Source of the DNA: Malacoraja senta
Lineage: Eukaryota
DNA length: 63,803 nt
Assembly (NCBI GenBank): GCA_038087875.1
Contig: JAXLNO010000292.1
Coordinates: forward strand, 1-63,803
Reading direction: 5' to 3'
In this document: one piece after another, positions 23,997 to 36,625 of the stretch
Numbering within the stretch: the stretch's first letter is position 1
Layout: every line of letters starts with the position of its first letter
Position numbers and translations under genes: made by a program
The notes under the pieces: model-generated
What the model was told of the DNA's origin: nothing
What the model saw: the letters and a program-made list of their open reading frames with translations, nothing else
Databases searched by the model: none

Positions 23997-24651
23997 GTGT
24001 AAGAAGGAACTACAGATGCTGGTTGAAACCGAAGATAGACACAAAATGCTGGAATAACTCAGCGGGACAGGCAGCATCTCTGGAGAGAAGGAATGGGTGA
24101 TGTTTCGGCTTGAGACCCTTCTTCAGACTGGTTAGGGATAAGGGAAACAAGAGATATAGACGGTGATGTGGAGAGATAAAAAACAATGAATGAAAGATAA
24201 TCAAAAAAGTGACGATGATAAAGGAAACAGGCCATTGTTAGCTGTTTGTTGGGTGAAAGCGAGAAGCTGGTGCGACTTGGGTGGGGGAGGGATAGAGAGA
24301 GAGGGAATGCTGGGGCTACCTGAAGTGAGAGAAATCAATATTCATACCACTGGGCTGTAAGCTGCCCAAGCGAAATATGAGATTCTGTTCCTCCAATTTG
24401 CATTTAGCCTCACTCTGACAATGGAGGAGGCCTAGGACAGAAGGTCTGTGTGGGAATGGGAAGGAGAATTAAAGTGTTTGGCAACCGGGAGATCAGGTTG
24501 GTTCAGGCGGGCTGAGCGAAGGTGTTCAGCGGAACGATCGCCCAGTCTGCGTTTGGTCCTCGCTGATGTATACAAGTCCACATCTTGAACAGCAGATACA
24601 GTAGATGAGGTTGGAGGAGGTGCAAGTGAACCTCTGCCTCACCTGAAAGGT
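23997..24651 (-). mobile_element. Penelope-like element 3' portion: GIY-YIG endonuclease, 3' UTR and pseudo-LTR
   Basis: Minus strand reads FQVRQRFTCTSSNLIYCICCSRCGLVYISE..KRRLGDR.AEHLRS..VAKHFN..EQNLIFRLGSLQPSGMN (frameshifted), followed by the CTGAAGAAGGGTCTC..CCGAAAC motif. Confidence 0.9.
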
Positions 24652-25164
24652 TATGGTTCTGTCTCGAATAATAGAATAGTGCTTTTTTTTAAAAAAGTTG
24701 CTTCTTTAAACATGTGGTTCCAAAGGGTCAACAGTGCAAGAATGACACATAAAACATTATTCACATTCCTGCGTCTTCTATCATAAGTTTATATATACTA
24801 GGAGCAGAATTAGGCCATTCGGCCCATCAGGTCTACTCCGCCATTCAATCGTGGCTGATCTACCTTTCCCTCTCAACCACATTCTCCTGCCTTCTCCCCA
24901 TAACCCCGGACACCCGTACTAATCAAAAATTAACGCCTTAAAAATATCCATTGACTTGGCATCCACAGCCTCCTGTAGCAATGAATTCCACAGATTCACC
25001 ACCCTCTGACTAAAGAAATTCCTCTTCATCTCCTTCCTAAAGGAACATCCTTTCATTCTGAGGCTGTGACCTCTAGTCCTAGACTCTCCCACCCGTGAAA
25101 ACATCCTCACAAATCCGCCATGGACATCATTGACCCCTGAAATTAAAAAAAACAATTGCAAATC

Positions 25165-25913
25165 ACAGAAAGAAACTACAATGTTTTTATTAATAGAAAA
25201 AAAATCAAAATATCGCCGGGAACACCATTACCTGCTAAAAGCAACCATATTATCCAGCACCGAAACAGAAAGCATTATATATATATATTTATATATATAT
25301 ATATAATTATTTTTTTGGGATAGGACAGGTGCTATCTGTTCCTAGAAAGAGGTTGTTTTCCAATTGGGTTTGCCGAATGGCCGTCCTGTTTAAGTTATGC
25401 TCCTGCAGCAGGTCGAGATCTTTGCCGCTCCTCCGCACCTATCGACGGCTGGCGCAGTTGAAGGGGTGTCCAGGACGAGGTCCACTGGCAGCCGCACTGA
25501 CCACACTCACAAGCTTTGACACCGAGGCCTCTCCCGGGAGGGGGGGGGGGGGGTCTGGAAAGTCTGCCACGAGGAAGCCAGCGTCTCCAGGCACCGCCCG
25601 GTCCGCCCGGCAACAGGCAGGCGTGCCGGGCGCGCTCCAGCTTCACGCCACCAGCTCTCGCCCTCGGAGTCCGGGGCATCGCTCAAGGGCCGCCACTCTG
25701 GCGGGCGCGGGGATAAAGAACGCAGAAAGGAAATTTATTAGCAGCAAAGAGCATTGATAGTCCTCAAGGATGCTTGCGTCGCCGATTGCAAGGAACCACT
25801 AGTCCCATAATGTGGCACACCAGGGCAAACAAAGTTCCATCTCCAATGCAGCTTTAATCGCAGTGGTATCTTGAGCATACTGATCTGGCTTTAGTCTATG
25901 TACACAGTGGTAG
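25165..25913 (-). other. C1orf21: Probable 3' UTR of the C1orf21 homologue
   Basis: Non-repetitive sequence after the stop codon, with AATAAA at 25734-25739 and 25186-25191 (minus strand). The distal site is followed by a U/GU-rich tract. The 3' end is approximate. Confidence 0.65.
25186..25191 (-). terminator. Polyadenylation signal AATAAA (distal)
   Basis: tttatt on the + strand, followed on the minus strand by TTTCTTTCTGTGATTTGCAATTGTTTTTTTT. Confidence 0.6.
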
Positions 25914-25979
25914 TCAGACATTGTGTAACAGAGTTGGCACTATGTTAATATCCTCCTCCTCTGAGCAGTAGTCCCGTCC
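25914..25979 (-). CDS. C1orf21: Terminal coding exon of the C1orf21 homologue, GRDYCSEEEDINIVPTLLHNV*
   Basis: Acceptor atatcttttAG at 25980-25981. GRDYCSEEEDI matches the recalled human C-terminus GRDYCSEEEDIT. Stop TGA at 25914-25916. Confidence 0.92.
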   Translation of the reverse strand, partial: GRDYCSEEEDINIVPTLLHNV

Positions 25980-26109
25980 CTAAAAGATATAAATGGTATT
26001 ATGTTTTAAAATTCAATAATGCATGTTCTTCATTTCGCAAGTAATGCATGTGGAATTAAAGGCCATTCACTGATATCGTGCTATCCGACATCAAACAATT
26101 TTGTTAGTA

Positions 26110-28505
26110 CAGTAAGCCCTCCTTTTAACAGACCCCTTTATAATGGATTTTGGTTACAGTGGTAAGACCTGCCGCCCCCAACCTCCTCACATCCCTCACC
26201 AACCCCCCGGCAAAAACCGGCTGCCCAGCCCGTTTCTGACGCCACCCCTGACCCACCGAGATCTTCTTCACCGACAAGTTGTTGTTGTGGCTGACGTTGT
26301 AGCCCCTGGGGACGGCGGTTCCTTCGGGCCGCCACCACCGACAGGTCACCGCGGGGGCTCCCTCCCCTCTCACCAGCTGTTGCTTCTTGTCCACTCCCCT
26401 GTCCAACACCTAGTTTAGGTTAGAGATAAAGCGTGGAAACAGGCCCTTCGGCCCACCGAGTCCGCACCGACCAGCGATCCCTGCACGTTAACACTATCCA
26501 ACACGCACTAGGGACAGTTTACAATTGTACCAAGCCAATTAACCTACAAACCTCTATGTCTTTGGAGTGTGGGAGAAAACCAAAGATCCCGCGCAGGTCA
26601 CGGGGAGAACGTCAGGATCGAACCCAGACAACGTGGTCAGGATTGAACCCAGTTCCCTGCGGCTGTAAGGCAGCAACTCTACCGCTGCGCCACCGTGATG
26701 CCCACCGACATACACCACCTTGAAAGATGTCGATGACCGCTGGGGAGGGGGAGGGGGAGGTGGCTTTGTAGCGGGGAGAGGACAACGCGAAGGCCGACAG
26801 GAAGAGGTGGCAGCTGGTGAGAGGGGAGGGAGCCCAGTGTCTGAGCGCGTCCTGTCAGTGAGGAAAGCGTCCCCAAGGGTTACAACGTGAGCCACAACAA
26901 CAGCACCTTCCACCATCCATGCGGGTGGCTGGTGAAGAAGGGCTCGCTGGTGCAGACCAGAGCCATCAGCACCTAGTTTTGAGGTGAAACAACACAAAGT
27001 GCTGGAGTAACTCAGCTGACTGAATCAGTCTGAAGAACAGTCCTGACCTGGATGTCAGGACTTTCATATGAAGAAAGACTGGATAGACTTGGCTTATACT
27101 CGCTAGAATTTAGGAGATTGAGAGGGGATCTTATAGAAACGTACAAAATTCTTATGGGGTTGGACAGGCTAGATGCAGGAAGATTGTTCCCGATGTTGGG
27201 GAAGTCCAGGACATGGGGTCACAGCTTAAGGATAAGGGGGAAATCCTTTAAGACCGAGATGAGGAAAAACTTTTTCACACAGAGAGTGGTGATCTCTGGA
27301 ACTCTCTGCCACAGAGGGTAGTTGAGGCCAGTTCATTGGCTATATTTAAGAGGGAGTTAGATGTGGCCCTTGTGGCTAAAGGGATCAGGGGGTATGGAGA
27401 GAAGGCAGGTACGGGATACTGAGTTGGATGATCAGCCATGATCATATTGAATGGCGGTGCAGGCTCGAAGCGCCGAATGGCCTACTCCTGCACCTATTTT
27501 CTATGTATCTATGTAACGTCACCTATCAATGTTCTCTAAAGTCAAGTCAAGTCAAGTCACTTTTATTTCTATAGCACATTTAAAAAACAACTCTCGTTGA
27601 CCAAAGTGCTTTACATTGTGGAGGTACTAATGTTATACAACATTGGTTCATAGATTAAGTACATACATAAATACATACATATAGCCCTCCCTCAGAGAAC
27701 GTCAAGAAAGGCTTGAAATATGAGTTTTTTAGTCTTGACTTAAAGGAGTCGATGGAGGGGGCAGTTCTGATGGGAAGAGGGATGCTGTTCCACAGTCTAG
27801 CGGCTGCAACCGCAAAGGCGCGGTCGCCCCTGAGCTTATGCCTAGTCCGCGGGATATTCAGCAACCCCAAGTCGGACGATCTGAGGGACCTGGAGGTGGT
27901 GTGGTGGGTGAGAAGACTTTTTATGTAGGTGGGGGCATGCCCATTGAGGGCTTTGTAGACATGGAGGAGGATCTTGAAATTTATACGGAACCGCACAGGG
28001 AGCCAGTGGAGAGAGGCCAGGATCGGGGCGATGTGGTCCCTTTTTCGGGTGCCCGTCAGGAGTCTCGCTGCGGTGTTTTAGACCAGTTGCAGGCGGGACA
28101 AGGAAGATTGGCTGATGCCAGTGTAAAGGGAGTTGCAGTAATCTAGGCGGGAGGAGATGAATGTGTGAATGATCTTTTCGAGGTCATCAAACTGGAGGAA
28201 TTGGTTTATTTTAGCTATCGTCCGAAGCTGGAAGAAGCTAGCTTTTACCACGGCATTGACTTGTTTGTCAAATTTCAATGCTGAGTCAAATATCACGCCA
28301 AGGTTTTTGACGTGATAAAGATAAAGATGCTGCCTGACCCGCTGAGTTACTCCAGCACTTTGTGTCCTTTTTAAACATTATCTGCAGTTCCTTGTTTCAG
28401 CTACTGTACATGCAATAACCCCTCAATCTGTTATAGTGGACAATCGGCAATAACAGACACCACCCCCCCCCTCCCCCCACTGACCATTATAACAAGGGTT
28501 TACTG
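26110..28505. mobile_element. Degenerate Tigger/pogo-like non-autonomous element expanded by nested SINE, CR1, L2 and Penelope inserts
   Basis: Imperfect TIRs TA-CAGTAAGCCCTCCTTTTAA ... TTATAACAAGGGTTTACTG-TA. Internal inverted repeats at ~26281-26393 and ~26797-26901. Confidence 0.6.
27541..28315 (-). mobile_element. L2-clade LINE 3' fragment
   Basis: IFDSALKFDKQV..FFQLRTI..FISSRLDYCNSL..LQLV; RINFKILL..LRSSD..GDRAFAVAAARLWNSIP; (TTGAC)n tail. Confidence 0.9.
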
Positions 28506-30223
28506 TATTCACATAAGCATTCACTTATTTTTCTTAATTAATATCATGTACTGCATTTTATAACATTAGATGAAACATATCAATTAAAAAAATTAGGTTG
28601 ATCAAAGCATTGCAATCCTTTGGATGGAAATTGAAATTCAGGTGCAAACAACTTTTTCTTTATATCCTTATTGACACATGAGGAAGCCATTTGGCCCATC
28701 GAGTTAATGCAAGCTCACTGAGCAAATCTGATTCTTTCTTCATTATCCTTATTTCCCAGTTGTCCAATCACCCCCTCCACTACAATGCTCCTTCCCCTCC
28801 TCCCTCCCCTCCCTCCTCCCACCAACCCCCCTCCCTCCCCCTTTCCCCCTCCCTACCATTCCCTTCTCCTCCGCCCTCTCCCATTTCCTTGCCCCTTCCA
28901 TAACAATATTTTAAAAACATTTAGACAGGTACATGGATAGGACAGGTTAAGAAGGATATGGACCAAACGCAGGCAGGTGGGACTAGTGGAGCCGGGCATC
29001 TTGGTCAGCACAGGTAAGTTGGGCCAAAGGGTCTGTTTCCATGCTGTATGCCACTATATCCCTTCCGCTGACCACAATTTGTGCATCTTCTCTCCTTATC
29101 TCATAGTCCTCTCTCTTATTTTCATCTCTGACCTTTCTTCACCCATCTGCCATCATCCTCCTCCTTCACCTGTATCCACTTATCACTTGCCAGCTTTTGT
29201 CACGCCCCATTGCAATCAATTTGATGAAGGGTCCCGACCCAGAAACTTCACCTATCCAGAGATGCTGCCTGACCCGCTGAGTTTCTCCAGCACTCTGTGA
29301 AACGTCACCTATCCATGTTCTCCAGAGATGCTGCCTGACCCGCTGAGTTACTCCAGCACTCTGTGAAACGTCACCTATCCATGTTCTCCAGAGATGCTGC
29401 CTGACCCGCTGAGTTACTCCAGCACTCTGTGAAATGTCACCTATCCATGTTCTCCACAGATGCTGCCTGACCCGCTGAGTTACTCCAGCACTCTGTGTCT
29501 TTTTTTAATTGAGCGCGTTGCTTGGTCGATGAGCATACCATTCATAATTCGATATTGAACAATGAAACAGGTTTAAATTCTGATCTATCTCTCCCTCTCA
29601 ACCCCATTCTCCTGCCTTCCCCCCATAACCCCTGAAACCCCTACTAATCAAAAATCTGTCAATCTCCGCCTTAAAAATACCCAATGACTTGGCCTTCACA
29701 GCCATCTGCAGTAGTTCACAATTAAATGAACACATAAACACCCAAATTAGCTTTAGAGATGAGCTTGACATTGTAGATACTGTTAGCGGACTCACACATT
29801 TCAATGATTGGATTTTCATAAACTGTCAAGAAAATAGTTGCAACTGGCTGGATCCGTTCATTGCATATAGTCACGAAACACAAGGGCCTTCAAAGAGCTA
29901 AACGACTGAGGAAAAAGGATGTATAAGGTGGATTAACTTTCCAATAACCACTCTAGTAGAGTCATAGCGTGACACAGTGTTGAAACAGGCCCTTTGACCC
30001 AACTCGCCCACACCGGCTAACATGTCCCAGCTACACTAGTCCCACCTGCCAGTGTTTGGCCCATATCCCTCCAAACCCGTCCTATCCATGTACTTGTCTA
30101 ACGCTTTCTTAAACGTTGGGATAGTTCCAGCTTCAACGACCTCCTCTGGCAGCTTGTTCCCTCTGTGTGCAAAAGTTACGCCTCAGATGCCTCTTAAATC
30201 TTTTCCCCTTCACCTTGAACCTA

Positions 30224-31950
30224 TGACCAACTGGCTGGAGTTTTTACGGACATTTTCAACCTCTCACTTCTGAGGTCTGAGGTTCCCACCTGCTTCAAAA
30301 GGGCATCAATTAGACCAGTGCCCAAGAAGAGTAAGGTGACGTGCCTCAATGTCTATCGACCTGTGCCACTAACGCCTGTGGTGATGAAGTGCTTTGAGAG
30401 GTTGATCATGACGCAGATCAACTCCTACCTCAACAAAAACCTGGACCCACTGCAGTTCGCTTACCGCCACAACAGATCAACGGTGGATGCGATCTCGCTG
30501 GCCCTCCACTCCGCTCTGGACCACTTGGACAACAAAAACTCATATGTCAGGCTGTTATTCATCGATTACAGCTCGGCATTTAATACAATCATCCCCTCCA
30601 AGCTGGTTACCAAACTCGCAGAACTGGGTCTCTGCGCATCCCTCTGCAATTGGATCCTCGACTTCCTCACTCTCAGACCACAGTCTGTTCGTATTGGTGG
30701 AAATGTGTCAGACTCGATAACAATCAGCACGGGAGCACCTCAAGGCTGCGTGCTCAGCCCCCTGCTGTATTCATAGAATCATAGAAAGTAGGTGCGAGAG
30801 TAGACCACCAGGTCCATCGAGCCCGCACCACCATTCGCTCATGGCTGAACACCAAACAGACACCCCTACCCACAAACAGTAGACACAAGACACAGAACAC
30901 AAGACACTACCCTCCCCTTTATACCGCTATCACCCCTCTCCACCCCAAGAACCGCGTGATCTCCTGGGGGAGGCAAAAAAACGGATAAAAACCCAGGTCC
31001 AATTCGGGAAAAAAATCCGGGAAATTCACTCTATACTCATGACTGCGTAGCCGGACATAGTGCGAACTCCATCATCAAGTTCGCTGACGACACCACTGTT
31101 GTGGGACGTATCACTGATGGGGATGAGTCAGAGTATAGAAGAGAGATCGAGCAACTGTCCATATGGTGCCAGCACAATAACCTGGCCCTCAACACCAGCA
31201 AAACCAAGGAACTGATTGTGGACTTTGGAAGGAGTAGGATGGGGACCCACAGTCCCGTTTATATCAACGGGTCGATGGTGGAGAGGGTCAAGAGCTTCAA
31301 ATTCCTGGGCATGCACATATCTGAAGATCTTTCCTGGTCTGAGAACACTGATGCCATTATTAAGAAAGCACATCAGCGCCTCTACTTCCTGAGAAGATTA
31401 CGGAGAGTCGGTTTGTCAAGGAGGACTCTCTCTAACTTCTACAGGTGCACAGTAGAGAGCATGCTGATCGGTTGCGCCGTGGCTTGGTTCGACAACTTGA
31501 TCGCCCTGGAGAGGAAAAGACTACAAAAAGTAGTAAACACTGCCCAGTCCATCATCGGCTCTGACCTCCCTTCCATCGAGGGGATCTATCGCAGTCGCTG
31601 CCTCAAAAAGGCTGGCAGCATCATCAAGGACCCACACCATCCTGGCCACACACTCATCTCCCTGCTACCTTCAGGAAGAAGGTACAGGAGCCTGAAGACT
31701 GCAACGACCAGGTTCAGGAATAGCTACTTCCCCACAGCCATCAGGCTATTAAACCTGGCTCGGACATAACACTGAACTTTATTAGCCAATACTGTTATTT
31801 GCACTTTATCAGTATATTGATTCATGTGTGTATATATTTATAGAATGCCTTGTAGTCAATGTCTACTATGTTCTGTTGTGCTGAAGCAAAGCAAGAATGT
31901 CATTGTCCTATCAGGGACACATGACAATAAACTCACTTGAACTTGAACTT
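30224..31950 (+). mobile_element. Rex1/Babar LINE, 5'-truncated RT region interrupted by a CR1-type 3' end at ~30773-31027
   Basis: [64 protein letters not shown]. Tail ...ATGACAATAAA(CTTGAA)n. Confidence 0.92.
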
Positions 31951-34900
31951 GATGTCCTCTGGCCCTCGATTCCCCTACTCTGGGTAAGAGACTCCGTGCG
32001 TCTACCCGATCTATTCCTCTCATGATTTTATACACATCTATAAGATCTCCCCTCATCCTCCTGCGCTCCAAGGAATAGAGACCCAGCCTACTCAACCTCT
32101 CCCTGTAGCTCACACCCTTTAGTCTTGACAACATCCTTGTAAATCTTCTCTGCACCCTTTCCAGCTTGATAACATCTTTCCTATAACATGGTGCCCAGAA
32201 CTGAACACAATACTCTAAATGTGGCCTCACAAACGTCTTATACAACTACAATATGACCTCCCAACTTCTATACTCAATGCTCTGACTGGTGAACTGTTTC
32301 TTCTCTACATTGCCCTTTGGTGTAGAGATTGATAATATTGACAACAGCTAAGTACAGCACAGGAATGGGCCCTTCGGCCCATCATGTTCAGGCCAATCTT
32401 TTTACCCAATTACACTAATCACGTTCGCTTGCATTAGGACTGCCCTCTATGTAGAAACATAGACATAGAAAATAGGTGCAGGAGGAGGCCATTCGGCCCT
32501 TCGAGCCTGCGCCGCCATTCAATGTGATCATGGCTGATCATCCACAATCAGTAACCCGTGCCTGCCTTCTCCCCACATCCCTTAATTCCGCTAACCCCTA
32601 GACCTCTAAACTCTCTTTTAAATTCATCCAGTGAATTGGCCTCTACTGCCTTCTGTGGCAGAGAATTCCACAAATTCACATCTCTCTGGGTGAAAACGTT
32701 TTTTTCTCATCTCCGTTTTAAATGGCCTCCCCTTTATTCTTAGACTGGGGCCCCTGTTTCTGGACTCCCCAATCTTTGGGAACATTTTTCCTGCATCTAG
32801 CTTGTCCAGTCCTTTTATAATTTTATACGTTTCTGTAAGATCCCCCCTCATCCTTCTAAATTCCAGTGAATACAAGCCACCTCTTATCATATGACATTCC
32901 CACCATCCTGGGGATTAACCTCGTGAACCTAGGCTGCACTGCCTCAACAGCAAGGATGTCCTTCCTCAAATTTCTGCTGTGTTGCCTATCTTAACTTGCC
33001 AGTTATGACGATTGAATCTTGAATCTTGATTGATACTTTTAGTACTTATTAACAGTAGCACCTGCAGATAAATTAAATAATTGCTGGATATAATCCAGCA
33101 CTACCGGCCCAACCAGTCTCATGAAGCTGGTGGCACAGTGACGCAGCAGGTAGAGCTGCTGCCTCGCAGCACCAGAGACATGGGTTTGTGTTAACTTTCC
33201 AGCAACAAATCCAGCACAGCACAGAAATGGGACCTTCGGCCCATCATGTTCATGCTGACCCTCTTACCCTCACCCCACTTGCCTGCATTGATGGTCGATA
33301 TTTCTGCTGTGCCCTGCTGGAATCCCCGAGCTTGTCTTTGTCTTTCGACTGGAATTGACTTTAGTTACAAAGTAAACAATAGCTAGAAAAACAAGTTGGC
33401 GAAGATGAAGGATTGACGGCGAGGTTTGGAAGTAAGGGCGGCACAGTGGCACAGCAGTAGGGTCACTGCCTTACAGCTGCAGAGACCCAGGTTCGATCGC
33501 GACCAGGGTGGGTGAGGGTGTCTGTGTGGAGTTTGCATGTTCTCCCTGTGACTGTGTGGGTTTCCTCCGGGTGTTCTGGTTTCCTCCCACATCTCAAAGA
33601 CATGCAGGTTTGCAGTTTAAATGGCTTCTATAAATTGGCCTCTAGTGTGTTGGACAGGACTAGTGCACCGGGTGATCACTGGTCAGCACAGATTCAGTGG
33701 GCCACAGGGTCTGTTTCCGCGCTGTACTTCTAACTAGCTGGTGGCGCAGCGGTAAAGTTGCTGCTTACAGCGCCCGAGACCCGGGTTCGATCCTGACTAC
33801 GGGTGCTGCCTGTACGGAGTTTGCACGTTCTCCCTGTGACCTGCGTGGGTTTTCCCCCGGGGACTCCGGTTTCCTCCCACACTCCAAAGACGTACAGATT
33901 AGTAGATTAATTGGCTTTGATAAAATTGTAAACTGTCCCTAGTGGAGAAACTCAGCGGGTGCAGCAGCATCTATGGAGCGGAGGAAATAGGCAACGTTTC
34001 GGGCCGAAACGTTGCCTATTTCCTTCGCTCCATAGATGCTGCTGCACCCGCTGAGTTTCTCCAGCACTTTTGTCTACCTTCGATTTTCCAGCATCTGCAG
34101 TTCCTTCTTAAACAAGTAGTGTGTGTAGAATAATGCTGGTGTACGGGGAGATCGCTGGTCGGCACGGACTCTCTGGGCCGATGGGCCTGTTTCCGCTCTG
34201 TATCTCAAACTAAACCAAAGTAGTTGATGTATTTAATGGACAGTTATTTGCATTAGGTTTCTTACATGACAAACTACATTCTGAATCCATCGGAAGATTA
34301 TTCATCATTTTATAGAATGGGCCACATCATGACATTTTTAATTAAATGTTAATGAGGTTACAATGAATGACTACCAACTGTAATGTGTCATGACTGTAAT
34401 TATCAGGAGCAAATTGAATAATCAATGCAATATTAACAAACCAAATATAATTCAGAAGAGGCAGATTGTGTCTGATAACATTGTAACAGGAAACATGTTC
34501 CCGATGTTGATAGAGTCCAGAACCAGGGGCCACAGTTTAAGAATAAGGGGTTGGCCATTTAGAAAGGAGATGAGGAAAAACGTTTTCACCCAGAGAGTTG
34601 TGAATCTGTGGAATTCTCTGCCTCAGAAGGCAGTGGAGGCTAATTCTCTGTTTGCATTCAAGAGAGTTAGATAGAGCACTTAGAGATAGCTGAGTCAGGG
34701 GATATGGGGAGAAGGCAGGAACGGGGTACTGATTGGGGATGATCAGGCATGATCACAGTGAATGGCGGTGCTGGCTCGAAGGGCCAAATGGCCTACTCCT
34801 GCACCTATTGTCTATTGATTAATCTCCATTATTTTTATCAAGTGCATTGTGGAAACGCTCAGCACAATACTGATACATCTACAAGGTGTAAGCACAGGCT

Positions 34901-35124
34901 GGACAATCTTGGATTGTTTTCTCTGGAGTGTCAGAGGCTGAGGGGAGACCTATTAGAAGTATATAACATTATAAGAGGCATACTGACCCTCAATCTAAAG
35001 AAGGGTCCCTATTAGAAGTATACTAGACCAAGTGCAGACACGTTGGGGCTGTTTCCACAACGCGCGTTTGCGGGGGGGGGGCTGCGGCGTCACACTCACA
35101 CTAACCACCCCTCAAACATACAGG

Positions 35125-36625
35125 TGGGGGGAGGGGGGAGAGGGAGACGGGGCGGGGAGAGGGGACGGTGGGGAGAGGGGAGGGAGGGGAGAGGGGAGGG
35201 AGGGGAGAGGGGGAGGAGGAAAGGGGAGGGCGGGAAGGGGGGGAGGGGTAGGGGGGTGGGAGAGGGGGGGAGGGGATGTTAGAGGGGCGGGACAGAGGTG
35301 GAGAGAGGGGATGAGGGGAAGGGGCGAGAGGGGTAGGGGGAAGGGAGGGGGGAGAGAGGGGTGGGTTAGGGGGGAGGGAGCGAGGTGGGGGAGGGGGGAG
35401 GGAGAGGGAAAGAGTGGGGAGTGAGGGAAAGAGGGGTAGCGGGGAGTGGTGCAAGAGAGAGAGTAAGGGGGTGGGGGGAGATGAGGGTGAAGAGGGGTGG
35501 GAGAGGGTGGAGAGAGGGGGTGGGAGGGGAGGAGAAGGAGATGGAGAGGGTGGAAGGGGAGGAGGATAGGGGGTGGGGGAGGGGGTGAGAGGGTTCAGGG
35601 AGGGGGTTCAGGTAGGGGGGAGGAGGGAGGCGGAGGAGGAGGGCGAGGGGGAAGGGGAGAGAGGGGGAAGAGTGTGGAGGGAGGGGGAGAGTGGTAGGGG
35701 GAGGGGGAAGAGTGGGGGGGAGAGGGAGAGCGGTAGGGGGTAGAGAGGGGGAAGAGTGGTGAGGGAGGGGGAGAAGAGTGGGGAAGGGAGAGGGTTGGGG
35801 AGGGAAAGGGGTGGGGGAAGGGGGGAGAGGTGGAAGAGTGGGGATGGAGGGGGAGGGGAAGAGTGGTAGGGGAAGAGGGGTAGGGGGTGTGGTGGAAGAG
35901 GGAGAGAGGGGTAGGGGGAGGAGGGTAGGGGGGAGTGGTGGAAGAGGGAGAGAGAGGTAGGGGAAGGGGGTGGGGGAGAGAGGGAGGGAGGGGGAGAGAG
36001 AGGGTGGGGGAGGGAGAGAGGTGAGGAGGGAGAGGGGTGAGGGAAGGGGGAGAGAAGTGGAAGAGTGGAGAGGGAGGGGGAGAGGGGTATGGGGAAGGGG
36101 GTGGGGGAGAGAGGGAAGGGGGTGGGGGAGAGAGGGAAGGGGGGTGGGGGAGAGAAGGATGGGGGTGGGAGGAGGAGGGGAGGAGAGGGAGAGGGGTGAG
36201 TAGAGGGAGATGGAGAGAGGGGAGGAGAGAGGGGTGGGGGAGGGGAGGAGAGAGGGGATGGGGAGAGAAGTGTGGGGGAGGGGGGAGGGAGGGGAGGAGG
36301 GAGATGGGGGAGGGGAGAGAGAGGGAAGAGTGTGGAGGGAGGGGGAAGAGTGGGGAGGGGAGGGGGAAGGGGGTGGGGGGAGAGAGGGAAGTGGGGTGGG
36401 GCACAGGGAAGGGGGGTGGGGGAGAGAGGGATGAGGGTGGGAGGAGGAGGGGGAGGAGAGAGGGGTGGGGGAGGGGGAGGAGAGAGGGATGGGGGGGAGA
36501 GAGGTGTGGGAGAGGGAGGGATGGGGGAGGAGGATGGGGTAGAGAGGGGGAAGAGTGTGGAGGGAGGAGACGGGTGGGGGGAGGGAGGGGAAAGAGTGGG
36601 GATGGAGAGTGGGAGGGGGAGGGGC
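35125..36625. repeat. Polypurine (G/A-rich) low-complexity tract inside a Helitron
   Basis: Almost purely G/A on +. Related tracts at 37310-37660, 58175-59105 and 63030-63485. Confidence 0.95.

Noticed and set aside
25329..25757. 142-aa plus-strand ORF
   Set aside because: GTG start, GC-rich, antisense to the C1orf21 3' UTR, with no recognisable homology.
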